In this document: positions 1 to 13,545 of the stretch, piece by piece
Layout: each line of letters opens with the position of its first letter
How positions within the stretch are numbered: position 1 is the stretch's first letter
From: the human T2T-CHM13v2.0 reference genome, Homo sapiens
Strand: one strand, 5' to 3'
Length of the DNA: 64,000 nucleotides
Assembly (NCBI RefSeq): GCF_009914755.1
Contig: NC_060925.1
Notes under the pieces: generated by a model
Told to the model about the DNA's origin: nothing
The model's input: the letters and a program-made list of their open reading frames with translations, nothing else
Database searches by the model: none
Program-made: the position numbers and the translations under genes

Positions 1-600
<600 letters not shown>

Positions 601-637
601 AACATTCCTATGTGAGTAAATATTCTTCCCAATGTGA

Positions 638-942
638 TTTTTTTCTTGTTGTTAAAGACAGGCTCTGGTTTTATCGCCCAGGCTGGAGTGCAGTGACATA
701 ATCATAGTATAAGCATAGCTCACTGCAGCCTTGAACTCCAGGGCTCAAACAATCCTTCTGCCTCAGCCTCCCATGTAGCTGGGACTACAGGTGCGCACTA
801 CCATGCCTAGCTAATCTTTTTTTTTTTTTTTTTAAAGAGATAGAGTCTCGTTGTATTGCCTAGGCTGGTCTCCAACTCCTGGGCTCAAGTGATCCTTTCA
901 CCTCAGCCTCCCTAGTACCTGGGACCACAGCCATGTGCCAAT
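638..942 (-). mobile_element. AluJ
   Basis: Diverged antisense Alu dimer with AluJ-type GGGCTCAAG motifs. Confidence 0.9.
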
Positions 943-959
943 ACACTAATTTAAAAAAA

Positions 960-1085
960 TTTTTTTTGAGAGATGGGAGTCTTGCTGTGTTGCCCAGGCT
1001 GGTCTCAAACTCCTGGCCTGAAGTGATCCACCTTCCTCAGCCTCCCAAAGTCCTAGGATTACAGGTGTGAGCCACTGCACTCTGC
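960..1085 (-). mobile_element. FLAM / free left Alu monomer
   Basis: Antisense left monomer with T-run. Confidence 0.8.
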
Positions 1086-1096
1086 CCCCAACATGA

Positions 1097-1393
<297 letters not shown>

Positions 1394-2289
1394 CCCAACA
1401 TGATTTTGAATGGCTGACTGATAGACCATCATTGATTGAACCAATCTCCTCTTGATGAGTAATTAGGCAGTTTTCATTTGGAGGCAGTTATAAACAACTC
1501 TATGAAGGACAGCTTTGTGCCAAGAACTCAGTACATATCGTTGTAGTAGAAGGATTACAGGGCCAAAGGACAGGTGAATTTTTAAAGCTTTGCCAAATTT
1601 CCCTTCAGAAAAAATGGTACATTTTGCACTTTTATCGGCTGTAAAGAGACCTGCTCTTTCGAAGTCTTCTGGTCAATACTGGGTGTGGTTTGTCTTTTCA
1701 GTCTTTGTCAATCGAAAAATGGTGTTTTATCATTGTCTTCAAAAGAGAGAAGATTAGAAGTAAGTTACCCAGAGCCAGATGCTTAAGAAGAGTTCTCGTC
1801 TTTTACTCTGAGGTAGCCCGAATAAATCAGCAGGGTCGAGGCCGGGGCAATGCAAAGTGTCTCTCTGCACAATGTCAGGCTATTAAATGCACAGTGTCCC
1901 TCTGCCCGCTGACTCAGGCTGTAAAATTGGAGCATGGTGCTGACAACAGTGCTCATGGCTGTGGGGATGAGGTCACTGTGTCCTCACTGTGCGGTCGACT
2001 GGGACAAGCCCATGGCTTTCCTGTCCCATGTCTGTGGGCCTTCCGGCAGACACAGGGCTCGTGGCCTCACCCTCCACGCCCGTGTTGGCTTTCACCTTGT
2101 TCCCTCTGACCCAGTCTGGAGGACCTGGTGCTGCATCTGGGCCAAGCTGGCTGTAACTAATAAGAGTTGTAACAAGGGACATCTAAAACAGGACCCTGAG
2201 ATTGGTCTTTGTTTTTGAGCAGCCAAAGCCATACCTCATAGTGTCAGAAGTTTTAAAACTGGGGGATCCTTCTTGTGTGGAAGCAGAGC

Positions 2290-2560
2290 TCCTGGACTCA
2301 GAGCCGACCCTGCTTCTTCCTAGCTGTGGAGCAAGTAGGGGAGCTTTTCCAAACCTCAATTTCTTCATCTAGAGAATGAGGGTAATGGTGATTTAAGGAC
2401 TATTATCTTCTTCCTCTGTGCCTGATACTTGTGATTCTCACAGGAACCCTCAAAGGCTGAGAGTATCCCACCCACTTCACAGATGAAGCAAACTGAGGCC
2501 CAGAGAAGGGAAATTACTTGCCCAAGATCACCCAGCAAGTAAGAAACAGAGCTGGAGATG
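2290..2560. mobile_element. Two MIR fragments in opposite orientations
   Basis: CCTCAATTTCTTCATCT and ACAGATGAAGCAAACTGAGGCCCAGAGAAGG..TTGCCCAAGATCAC MIR core motifs. Confidence 0.7.
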
Positions 2561-2566
2561 AGCTCA

Positions 2567-2975
<409 letters not shown>

Positions 2976-3859
2976 GGATATCTGTGATTACAAGATTACC
3001 ATGCAATTTTGAAAGCCTGCTGTTGCCCAGCTGGACAGCTAGAGTTATTCTCAGTGGTGGGATGGCTGAACTGGGGGCCCACTGTGGAGAGCTGGTTTCC
3101 CACTGGAGTTCTCTGAAAAGGTGCCTGATTTCACAGCTCTGATTCTACAGAAGGAGGCCGGACCCTTCACGTAATTGCTACCCTTTATTTATGGAGCTAT
3201 TCCTCTGTCGGGATGCCCTTTATATGTGTACAGTCTGTGCTGCAGTCGATTCTTATAGTGATTCTATGCAGAAGTTACTTTAGAGGAGGCTGCTGGGGCG
3301 CAGGGTGGGTAGGTACCTTGTCAGCATGGTGGGGCTGGGTCTCCAGCTGGTTGGGACCCCACCCTCCTATCATGGCCCAGGAGTGAGGCATTCAGGGCTG
3401 GACCACCAGCATTTGTGAAGCTTTTGCCCCATTATCCCATCAGAACATCTTCTTGGCCCTGGCAGGCAGCCAGGGCAGGGCCATTCTCCACCTTACTGAC
3501 AAAGAAGCCCAGGGAGGGGAAGAGGGTGCTCCCCCAACACCTCCATTGCCTCTGCCTGCTTAGTCCAGAATGCAGGATAGAGAAATAATGGGAAAAGCTC
3601 CCAAGTGTTGCTGGATCTCTGCCTGCCAGGGAAGCTGTGACCCCAGTAAGGGCAGGGTGTTCCTTCCAGGGAACTCGAGGTGGGGCAGGATGGGTAGGGA
3701 GTGAGATCAGAGGGAAGGCCATGTTGGGAAGATGGGAAGGCAAGTCTCTGGGGGTTTGTGGGATAGAGGAAGGGAACATCATAGAACAGGCCAGGAATAG
3801 GAGCTTGACCTGGAGATTACTTTGCAGCAGGTTTAAACAGGGGCCATGTGAGAGTGTGG

Positions 3860-4160
3860 AGCCCTGGGGTCAGAGGTTACTGGATGCAAATTATGACTCT
3901 GCCACTTATGGGAATGGTGAGTTAGGACAAATGATTTCCCTGGGCCTCAGGGTCTTCATGTATAAAAGGGCTGAAGCTCAGTGGGTAACTGGAGCACTGC
4001 CTGGGTTAGATCCTGGCTCCACCCCTTTCCAGTGTGACCTAGGGTGAATGAGTTCACCTCTCTGGGCATCAGTGTCCTTGTCTCTAAGATGGACTTGATA
4101 ATAATGAAAGCTACCCCTCACAGGGCTGTGGTGAGGATGAAGGGGTCTGGCAGCACATGT
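3860..4160 (+). mobile_element. MIR fragments
   Basis: TGTGACCTAGGG..TTCACCTCTCTGGGCATCAGT..TCACAGGGCTGTGGTGAGGAT MIR core. Confidence 0.65.
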
Positions 4161-4204
4161 AGAATTCTTAGAGCAGGCTTTTTTCCTGCAGAGTCTTTGT
4201 TGCT

Positions 4205-4242
4205 ATCATCATCATCATCATCATCCTCATCCTCATCATCAT
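4205..4242 (+). repeat. (ATC)n/(TCC) microsatellite
   Basis: ATCATCATCATC... seen directly. Confidence 0.9.
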
Positions 4243-4421
4243 CTACCTCCAGGGATTCTTGGGGGGCTTAAACAAGGCAGGTTGTACAAATTATCTGGCA
4301 CAGACGTCATTAAATAATAACAGGGCAGAGTGACGGGTGCTGTGATACAGGGAAGAGCTGGGAGAGACACAGGAAAGAGAAAAGACTTCTGTCTGGCTGG
4401 GTGGAAGAAGGGTGTGGAAGG

Positions 4422-5313
4422 TATGGAAGCCAAGGGAAAACTTCCCCTTTGCCCTCTGAAGGTTCACTGAAAAGTCAACTGACAAAAGGCAGATGAATAG
4501 CAGAAATGGCATGCAAATTTATTAATGCGCACACAGGGAGAACCACAGAGTGATTGATTACTCCCCACTCTGCAATGGGGTGCAGAAGCTTATATGCCAT
4601 CTTGAGGTTACAGAAAGAATGGGGGCTTGGGGCCTGAGCGCAGTGGCTCATGCCTGTATTCCCACCACTTTGGGAGGCCAAGGTGGGTGGATCACCTGAG
4701 GTCAGGAGTTTGAGACCACCCTGACCAACATGAAACCCCGTCTCTACTAAAAATACAAAAAATTAGCTGGGTGTTGTGGTGCGCACCTGTAATTCCAGCT
4801 ACTCGGGAGGCTGAGGCAGGAGAATCACTTGAACCAGGGATGCTGAGGTTGCACGAGCTGAGATCGCACCGCTGCCCTCCAGCCTGGGCAACAAGAGCAA
4901 AAAAAAAAAAAAAAAAAAAAAAAAAGAAAGAAAGAAATGAGGGAGGGAGGGAGGAAGGAAGGAAAGAAAGGGAGGCTTGGATCCTGGCAAAACAGTTTAT
5001 GAGATGGGGAGAAGAGGAGGCCTCCCTAGCAAAGGTGGTCTTGTTATGTAGATGAAAGCTCACAGATAGCAGCTGTCAGAGAGAGTAGACCTTTGAAGGT
5101 ACCAGACTCTCATCAGTTAGTCTGTCCTAGATCTGACAAGGGAAGGTCCGCAGAGGAAGCCTGCCTGCATCAATGCAGATGTCCCTATAGATGCAGGTCT
5201 CCCCTACAAAAGACAGCTTTGCAGGCCTACTTCTGTTCCCAGGCTCTCTGAACAGCCATCTCAAAATATGTCAAAGAAGTATATTTTGGGGTGAAATATT
5301 TTTATTTGCTGCA
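4422..5313 (-). mobile_element. ERV1-class solo LTR (MER34/MER39 group), interrupted by an Alu
   Basis: Minus strand starts TGCAGCAAATAAAAATATTTCACCCCAAAATATACTTCTTTGACAT; 3' end matches the LTR end at 20460-20528; ~4 bp TSD AAGG/AAGC; absent from duplicate copy B. Confidence 0.8.
4631..4925 (+). mobile_element. AluS inside LTR, tail extended by GA-rich repeat
   Basis: Full Alu; TSD AAAGAA..GGGRGGCTTGG. Confidence 0.95.
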
Positions 5314-5546
5314 AAGCCTCGCTCAAAGGACATGTAGAAGTTCCCTGTGTAGATGAGGGGAAGACAGAAAGATGAACTTCTATCATCTTTGGTTGTGAGA
5401 GAGCAACCAAAGATAAGGAACATGGAGCAGTTTCATGAGCTGCGTGCTTGGAGTGAAGGGCGTGAGGCTGCACGGGAGCACTGGGGCCAGATTGCAAAGG
5501 GCTGGGAATACCTTGCTGGAGGGTTTAAACTTGACCTGGTAGGTGA

Positions 5547-5855
<309 letters not shown>

Positions 5856-5981
5856 TTTGGTGAGTTCTTACCCGTCTAAATGGCAGAATCACCCAGGGCA
5901 CTAAAAATAAATACTGTTTTATGGTCCTGCCCAACAGTATTCTAAGTCAGTAGGTCTCAAGTGGGACTCATAAATCTTTAC

Positions 5982-6414
5982 ATTTTTCCTTCAACTTTTA
6001 TTTTAACTTCAGGGTTACATGTGCAGGATGTGCAGGTTTGTTACATAGGTAAACGTGTGCCATGATGATTTGCTGCACTGATCATTCCATCACCTAGGTA
6101 TTAAACCCAGCATCCATTAGCTATTCTTCCTGATGCTTTCCCTCCCCCGATCCTACCCCTAACAGCCCCCAGTGTGTGTTGTTTCCCCCTCCCCAATGTG
6201 TCCATGTGTTTTCATCATTCAGCTTATAAGTGAGAACCTGCAGTGTTTGCTTTTCTGTTCCTGCATTAGTTTGCTGAGGATAATGGCTTCCAACTCCATC
6301 CATGTCCCCACAAAGGACATTATCTTGTTCCTTTTTATGGCTGCATAGTATTCCATAGTGTATATTTGCCACATTTTCTTTATCCACTCCATCCCAGATG
6401 GGCATTTAGATTGA
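5982..6414 (-). mobile_element. L1PA (approx. L1PA10-13) 3' fragment inserted in a MER5A-like element
   Basis: L1 3'UTR (TACATGTGCAGGATGTGCAGGTTTGTTACATAGG) and ORF2 C-terminus MEYYAAIKRNKIMSF in ORF 6219-6425; degenerate TSD AATCTT.AC.TTTT. Confidence 0.9.
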
Positions 6415-7469
6415 AGAATCTTCACTTTTTAAAGCTTCTCAGGAAATTCTGATGCCCACCCAGAATTGGGAACCTTTGCCATGGAAGAGGGTGGGGGGAT
6501 ATCTTTAAACAGGAATAGGGTCCATTGAGATGCCCACCCCAGACCTCCAATATATGGGGAGAGAGCTTGAGAAGGTGGGAAGTGTGTGTAGGAGACTCTG
6601 ACCCCCAGCCTTCCACCCCTCTCCAAAGCAGTCCCACACTCTGATGTTTACCACCAGGGCTGACCCCTGGAAGTGCCTCTTCCCTATAGCCCTCTGGATC
6701 CAGCAAGGACAGACAGCCTTCCCTCCTTCCTTCCTTCTTCCCAACAGTTTTTGAGCCCCTCCACGATGTGCTGAGCATGCTGTTGGGTACTGAAAGTGAA
6801 TAAAATAGGTAGTTTCTCCCCGCAACCTCCTGACCTAAAGCTTTGGGTGATTCCTGCTGTTTTGGCTCTGCTAAGCATGAAGTGCGTGTCATCAGGCATG
6901 TGGCTAAGCACAAGAGAGCTGGGACAGGAGTCCACCCTGGGGGCTCAAGCAGTGGCTGCAGGGCTCAGTGGTCCAGCCTCCAGGCCCTGTGGCTTCCTGG
7001 TTCCCCCTTCTCACAGGCCCGGTCTCTTGTCCTGGCTCTAGCCTTGCAGGCCAAACTCCCAGGCCGTGCCCTCGGTGCCCCCTACCAGGGGGGTCCTGGT
7101 GCATGGGGTAGGAGTGAGCTGTGCAGCCGCCTTCCCACCTCATCTTACACAGGAGACAACAACATTGGGTAAGGTCTGAGCAACTCTTCCCAGGGGCAGG
7201 GTTAAGGATCATTTCCTCACAGGGGTAGCAGAAACAACAAACACAAGGAAATGACAGGGATGCCGAGGATTTCAGAGCACACAGCTCCGGTCCAGGACGG
7301 ACTCCCACAGAGAGATGGGGGGAACGCTCCCGGGGCAGCTTCCTCACCTCCCTCTCGGAGTCGGCTCTTGTGTCTTCATGCTGTGTTCTGTTGTTTCCTT
7401 TCATCAGGATCCCTTGCCCACACCAACCCCACCCACACCATCACCGATGGCACTGTTTCACTCGCTCAT

Positions 7470-8360
7470 TGCCATTCATTTACTTCTTCCTTTCTCATTC
7501 AACACATAGGTACCATGTGCCAGGCACAGGATAAAGCCATAGGCAATATACAGCCTCATGTGGTGTTCCCAGTTGGATGGGGTCACCAACACAATCAGAC
7601 AGCTCTAATATAACATGATAATTGCCACTGTGGAGTTGTGCATAGGGTGTTATAAAACCAAGGAGTAACCCAGGGAAGGCTGATTCTTGAAGAATGAGTA
7701 GGAATTTATGCAGCGCATACCAAGCAGTGAGAATAGCAAATGCAAAGGCACGAAGTTTGTGATGGCTACAGCATGGCAGGTTCAGGGGAGCAGAGGGAGT
7801 GGAGGCAGGGAGATGAGCAGGGGCATCCATGAAGGGCCTGGGAAGCTGGGCTGAAGAACTAGAACTTTCTGCCTTAGGCAGTGGGCAGCCATTGGAGGAT
7901 TTTAGGGAGAGAAGGGACATGGTCAGATCTGCATCTTTTTTTTTTTTTTTTTTTTTTTTTTTTGAGATGGAGTCTCACCCTGTCGCCCAGGCTGGAGTGC
8001 AATGGCGCAATCTCGGCTCACTGCAACCTCCACCTCCCGGTTCAAGCGATTCTCCTGCCTCCCGAGTAGCTGGGATTACAGGTGCCCGCCACCACGCCTG
8101 GCTCATTTTTTGTATCTTCAGTAGAGACGGGGTTTCACCATGTTGGCCAGGCTGGTCTCCAACTCCTGACCGCCCGCCTTGGCCTCCCAAAGTGCTGGGA
8201 TTACAGGCGTGAGCCACCACACCCAGCCAGATCTGCCTCTTAGAACAATGCTATGGAAGTTGATTTTGGGGAATGGGTGGAAGAGGCAGAGGTCAGGCAG
8301 AGTGTTCAATAAAGAGGATCAGACAGGCCAGGTAGGAGAAGCTGATGCCTAGCCTAGGAC
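7470..8360 (-). mobile_element. L2 fragment interrupted by Alu
   Basis: CATTCATT..CATTCAACA..ATGTGCCAGGCAC and AATAGCAAATGCAAAGGC..GGCAGTGGGCAGCCATTGGAGGATTTTA motifs. Confidence 0.65.
7935..8228 (-). mobile_element. AluS
   Basis: Antisense Alu, TSD CAGATCTGC. Confidence 0.95.
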
Positions 8361-9025
8361 AGGGCAGGTAGCTCAGCAAGTGTGAGCACCTCTCAGTGTA
8401 AGAGCTGAGGTGGGAGAGGGGCAGATGGGCTGTGGAGCTGGCCACACTAAAGGCAGCTGTGTGTTTGCAGGGCTCAGGACCAAAGGGAGGCTGAGTCAGG
8501 AAGGCACTCCTGGGCTTCTGGCTTGAGCAGGCTCAAAGTCAACAGATGCAGCTGCATCTGTGTCTAGCGATTGGGAAGGTCCACAGCAGGACTCCAGCTC
8601 ATACCTGGGAGTCAGGGCAAAGTCCAGCCTAGGGAAGAGCCCCCAAGAGCCAGGCTGGGTGTCAGGTGGGGCCCTTGTCCTGAAGGGAGAAGAGACTACA
8701 AGGTAGAGCACCAAGCACACCTGGCTCTGGCACCTTTACGTCTCTGGCCACTTCTCTCTTATGGCTCCCTGTAACAATGAGATACGGACACCTGGAGGCA
8801 CCTGGGGCTAGTTTCTTCCTCATACCTGCCCCGCTCCGATGAGGCTCCCTCCAGGCTCCGCATCTTGACTTAGTTACAACCTGATCCTGAGCTGGGACCC
8901 AAGGGTGTCCTGCTCCTGGCTCCAATCTCCTGGTGAGGATGAACTTTGGTTTGGCTCCACCTGCTCAAGTGCCTTCGGAAGTGTGCCCACCTTGCCAGCC
9001 TCGTCAGAATGCAGTCTCAGGATGA

Positions 9026-9551
9026 TGAAAGAGTTCAGGAAATGCCACCCCAAGGTACGTCACTTTGGACTTCAAACTGAGAGCATTTGAGGAACAGCAA
9101 ATGCAGGGAGGGACTTTCTCTGAACTTCCCTTATCTGCTTCAAGATAAATCCTCCAAAAGGAACTCAATGGTTATAACTCCCCTCCCCAGGAACCTCATC
9201 AACCAGAGAAGAGTAAACTCAGATCACAGGACAGGAGACTGGGGGTCAACACCACCCCCAGACAGACTTTATCACATATCACCTATTCTTCTGAAGGCCC
9301 ATTCATCTTTCCTCCAAATCATTTACTCTCTCCTAAGTTGCCTGAACCCTCCCTCCGCTCACCCCCTTTAAGAGGTATATATGCTCTCACTGAGGTTTAG
9401 GACATTTGCTTTTCTTTCATGTGATGCCCCCATGCATGTAGTATATTTGTGTACCTTTTCTTCTGTAACTCTTTCTTCTACTGTCAGTTTATTTCATAGA
9501 GTCAATTACCGAACCCTCAGAGGGTAGAGGGGAAATCTTCCCTCCCCTGCA
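9026..9551 (+). mobile_element. ERV1-class solo LTR (MER34-like)
   Basis: TG...CA termini, start TGAAAGAGTTCAGGAAATGCCACCCCAAGGTA, internal TATA (GGTATATA ~9373), ~4 bp TSD ATGA/GTGA. Confidence 0.75.
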
Positions 9552-9959
9552 GTGATGCTCTGGGACTGCCAGACACCTGGTGTCTAATAGACACCAGAAC
9601 TCACTCCCAACAGCCCATTTGGGCAATTAGTCGCTCATATGATAAACATTTTTTTAAACCCCCAAAGTGTACCAGTCCTTGGACTGAAAGCTGGATTTAC
9701 AAGGTCAAATCAGATTCAGTCCTTGTGATAGAAGAGTTCATAATACAGTGGAGCCAAACGCATGAAACATAACACAGCCTATTACAACACAACGCGACAT
9801 GACAGCTTCACACATCCCAACACAGGATACAAGGGCTCAGGTCTGGTTTCTAACTTCTGGGGCCTCAGCTGAGAAAAGGGCAGCTCCTAGTGAAAGGAGG
9901 CTTATTAATTAGGGAGGGAGCTTATTGGAATGTCAGCAGTGGAATGCAGAGGGGAAGAG

Positions 9960-10160
9960 ACTCTAAGTCAGACTAGCTGCTTCAGTCCTGGCACCATAAT
10001 CTTGGATGGATGAGAGAACTCTCTGTGCCTTAGTTTCCACATCTACAAAATGGAGAGAATAATAGTGTGTATGTCATAGGGCTTAAGGATTAATTGAGAT
10101 AATACATGCAAAGTGCCTGGCACAGTGCCTAGAAGGTATAGCAAGCACAATAGCATTAGC
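9960..10160 (+). mobile_element. MIR
   Basis: CTCTGTGCCTTAGTTTCCACATCTACAAAATGG..GAGATAATACATGCAAAGTGCCTGGCACAGTGCC. Confidence 0.8.
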
Positions 10161-10387
10161 TGTGTGGTTCTTGTTGCCATAGAATTATAGAACCTGATTA
10201 TACTCTTAGGTTCTTGGAGTCAGAGAACTGTAGAATCATAGAACCCTAGGACCTTAGAACCTTAGACATAGAGGTTTATAAATATATATAAATATAACGT
10301 GCACCAGAATATTAGCTAGGAGGGTGAAGAAGGGAGATCTCCCCATTCCTTCAGATTGAGGCGAAATGTCCTCTAATGCCTGAGTTC

Positions 10388-10515
10388 CAGGGCTGTCACA
10401 TTCAGTTGCTCAGGTTGTACCTAATATACCTCTAAAGAAGGCCATTCACATAGACTTCGATGTGAATGGAGTTCCTTAGACGCAGCATGACATGCACCAT
10501 TGCGTGAGAAAGCCC
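10388..10515. mobile_element. MER91-type palindromic hAT MITE
   Basis: CAGGGCTGTCAC terminus and central hairpin CCATTCACAT-AGACTTCG-ATGTGAATGG matching the MER91 core. Confidence 0.75.
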
Positions 10516-10630
10516 ACATTTCTCCCAGAGAAGTCGGCTAAGTCCCAGGGGGCTTACACTTAGTACCATAATCTCTGCCTCCAGCAAAACATGCTGGCTT
10601 TGTCCTGAGCCACACTGACCTGAATGTGAT

Positions 10631-10642
10631 GAAACTGAAACT
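10631..10642 (+). promoter_or_regulatory. ISRE/IRF consensus motif GAAACTGAAACT
   Basis: Exact match to GAAANNGAAACT; function untested. Confidence 0.35.
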
Positions 10643-10670
10643 TGGATTCCATATAAAAATAAAATCACTC

Positions 10671-10739
10671 CTGCACGTTGTGCACATGTACCCTAAAATT
10701 TAAAGTATAATAATAATAAAGTTAAAAAAATAAAAATAA
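10671..10739 (+). mobile_element. Extremely 5'-truncated young L1PA (PA2-PA5-like) insertion
   Basis: CTGCACGTTGTGCACATGTACCCTAAAA.TTAAAGTATAATAATAATAAA + A-tail; perfect 16 bp TSD AAAAATAAAATCACTC (10655-10670, 10740-10755). Confidence 0.92.
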
Positions 10740-11184
10740 AAAAATAAAATCACTCTCCTTAAGCATTCCCAAGAGCAGATTACACAGAGGTCCAGAATGT
10801 TCTGGAGAGGTATCACATCTTGTGAAGCACAGCTTATTGCTACCCAGATGTACAATGAGATGTGAGCTATTCCTCCCTGACCTGTCATCTTTCTGCTCAC
10901 TTCTCTCCCTCCCTCCCAATTTGCTCCTCAGGAGCCCAGGCATAAGCTATCCCAGGCTCTTGGTGGGGTCTTAACTCAAAGCCCTTATCAAAGCATTTTC
11001 CTCAACAAAAGTAGTTCCTTTTCCTAACAGGAATTTGGGCCATATGTTTAGGTTGTAATTTTTGTATGCCTTATCATATTTAGTGCCACTTATAAAACCT
11101 GAGACTCACAGAATTTTAATAGCAAATAATCTAAGAAACAAAAATTTTGGAATAACCCAGCCTAAGGACCACAAGTTCTAAGAA

Positions 11185-11345
11185 TTGTGGAGAATTTCAG
11201 AATCCCAAAAATCTTAACAATTAGAAGAGGCCTTAAGGGGTCATTGAGTCCACACCTTATTCAACACAGGCATCTCCTCTGCAACATTGCTGGCAGGTGC
11301 TGATACTGCCTCTGCAACAACAACAAAAAAGCATACTTCTGAGAA
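11185..11345 (-). mobile_element. L3/CR1 (or MIR3) 3' fragment
   Basis: AGAATTTCAGAAT..TTAGAAGAGGCCTTAAGGGGTCATTGAGTCCA resembles the antisense CR1 3' end. Confidence 0.5.
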
Positions 11346-11392
11346 AAATTGGAAGACAGCTTGTTATCTGAACTATGCATAGACTTGAATAA

Positions 11393-11699
<307 letters not shown>

Positions 11700-12137
11700 T
11701 GAATAATCTATTAGAGTCTTTATCTCTAAGAAGAGAAATACATCTGAACTAAAGGGTAAAAAATGGCATGTTTTAATTGGTAAGTCTAAATGCAAAACGA
11801 TGACAATAAAATTTTAAAGGACTGCTTCCTTCTTAAGCTTTATTTTCGTCCTCTGTCAGTGTATTGCTAGACTCATCTTTCCCAGACACCCAGACCTCCC
11901 ACGAGAGTATGTACATTCCATTTGGCTTGATTTCAAGTGCTAATGTATAAAGCTTCTGGGTTCTGGGTCTGGCAAGCTATTTCTCATGTTCTCTGATAAA
12001 ATATTGAAAACCATCTCTAAGGTCTTCCAAGAGGGGATATGTGGAAGATACATTTCAATTTTCCACTGCATTTCAACCTTAATATAATGTGATTAGCTAC
12101 AGCATTGAAAATTAGCTTAATACTGGCCCATCTTATT

Positions 12138-12283
12138 ATAGGGGCCAAGGAAAAACTTTCCCTTTATCCTCTGAAGGTCCACTGTAATCAACTGACACAA
12201 AAGGCAGATTAATAGAAGAAAAGGCATAACCATTTTATTTTAATGTACATAGCACAGGAGAACTGAAGGAGAATGATTACCCT
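12138..12283 (-). mobile_element. ERV1-class LTR 3' fragment (MER34/MER39 group)
   Basis: Similar to 4422-4565 (GGCCAAGGAAAAACTTTCCC..CTGAAGG..TCAACTGAC..AAAAGGCAGATTAATAG). Confidence 0.7.
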
Positions 12284-13379
12284 GCTATCTTAATTTAATT
12301 CCAATGTGGTCTGAGAGCAGACATTGTATGGTTTCTATTATTATAAATTGGTTAAGCTGTGCTTTATGGCCCAGAATGCAGCCTGTCTTAGTGAATGTTC
12401 TGTGGGAGCTTGAGACGAATGTGTTTTCTGCTGTTGCTGGATGAAGTATTCTATAGACACCAATTATATCCAGTTGATTGATGGTGTTGTTGAGTTCAAC
12501 TATGTTCTTACTGATTTTCTGCCTGCTGAATCTGTCCATTTCTCAGAGGGATGCTGAAGTCTTCAGCTATACTAGTGGATTCATCTATTTCTCCTTGTAG
12601 GTCTGTCAGTTTTTGCCTCCATAGTTTGCTGCTCTGTTGTTAGGCACATACCCATTAAGGATTTAACTATGTCTTCTTGGAGAATTGACCCATTTATCAT
12701 TATGTAATGTCTCTCTTTATCCCTGATAATTTTCCTTGCTCAGAAGTCTGCTCTGAAATGAATATCGCTACTCTCACATTCTTTTCATTAGTGTTAACCT
12801 GTTATATCTTTCTCCATCTCTTTACTTTTAATCTATATGTGTCTTTGTATTTATTTTTTATTTTTTTTTAATTTTTTTTTCTGTGGGGTCAGCCAGGAGA
12901 GAGGGGGGACAGGTGACTGGTCCATCCCTGAGGCAAGGATCCCAGCACCTACCAGGCTTCCCCCGAGACCAACACTCCGCAGCTCTGGGAGGAAGTGGAG
13001 AGCCCCAGAGTCTGGCGAACTTGGCAGGACGTGAGAGAACAGCTCAAGGGAGAACCATTCCAGTCCCTTCCATGGCCCCAGGAGGTGGGAGACAGGCCCT
13101 CCCCATTCTGCAGGTGAGAAAGCAAGGCTCTGAGAGGGACAGTAGCTTATATAGGGGACACAGCACAGGCAGGTGGCAGAGGCAGAAATAAAACCCTTGT
13201 GGGTGGAAGGCGCAGGTTCTTCCACCCCATGGGAGTCCCACCATGGCTGGCTAGGAGGCTGAGATACCCACAAGGAAAAGCCTGAAGTGGCAGCAGAGCC
13301 TGGAGATGGGGCTGAGGGAAGAAGGAGGAGGAGCGGGGAGAGGGAGACAGGTGTCTCAGGAGACAGAACCGCAGAGTGA

Positions 13380-13545
13380 GTTTAGTGCTTGGGGATTAGG
13401 CTGACTGACCTGGCTTTGCCACTTACTAGCTACATGTCCCTGGCATAGGACCTAGTGTCTCTGAGCCTCAGTTTCTTCATCCAAAAAAATGGAAATGGCA
13501 CCACCACAGGGCTGCTGTGTCATATGAGAAGGTACTGTGTGTGGG
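13380..13545 (+). mobile_element. MIR fragment carried inside the retro-insertion
   Basis: GGCTTTGCCACTTACTAGCT..TCTCTGAGCCTCAGTTTCTTCATC..AAAATGG. Confidence 0.75.

Noticed and set aside
10442-10469. Perfect hairpin CCATTCACAT-N8-ATGTGAATGG, and ORF 10432-10668 (IEVYVNGLL) superficially lectin/MHC-like
   Set aside because: Explained by the palindromic core of a MER91-type MITE; the frame has stops.
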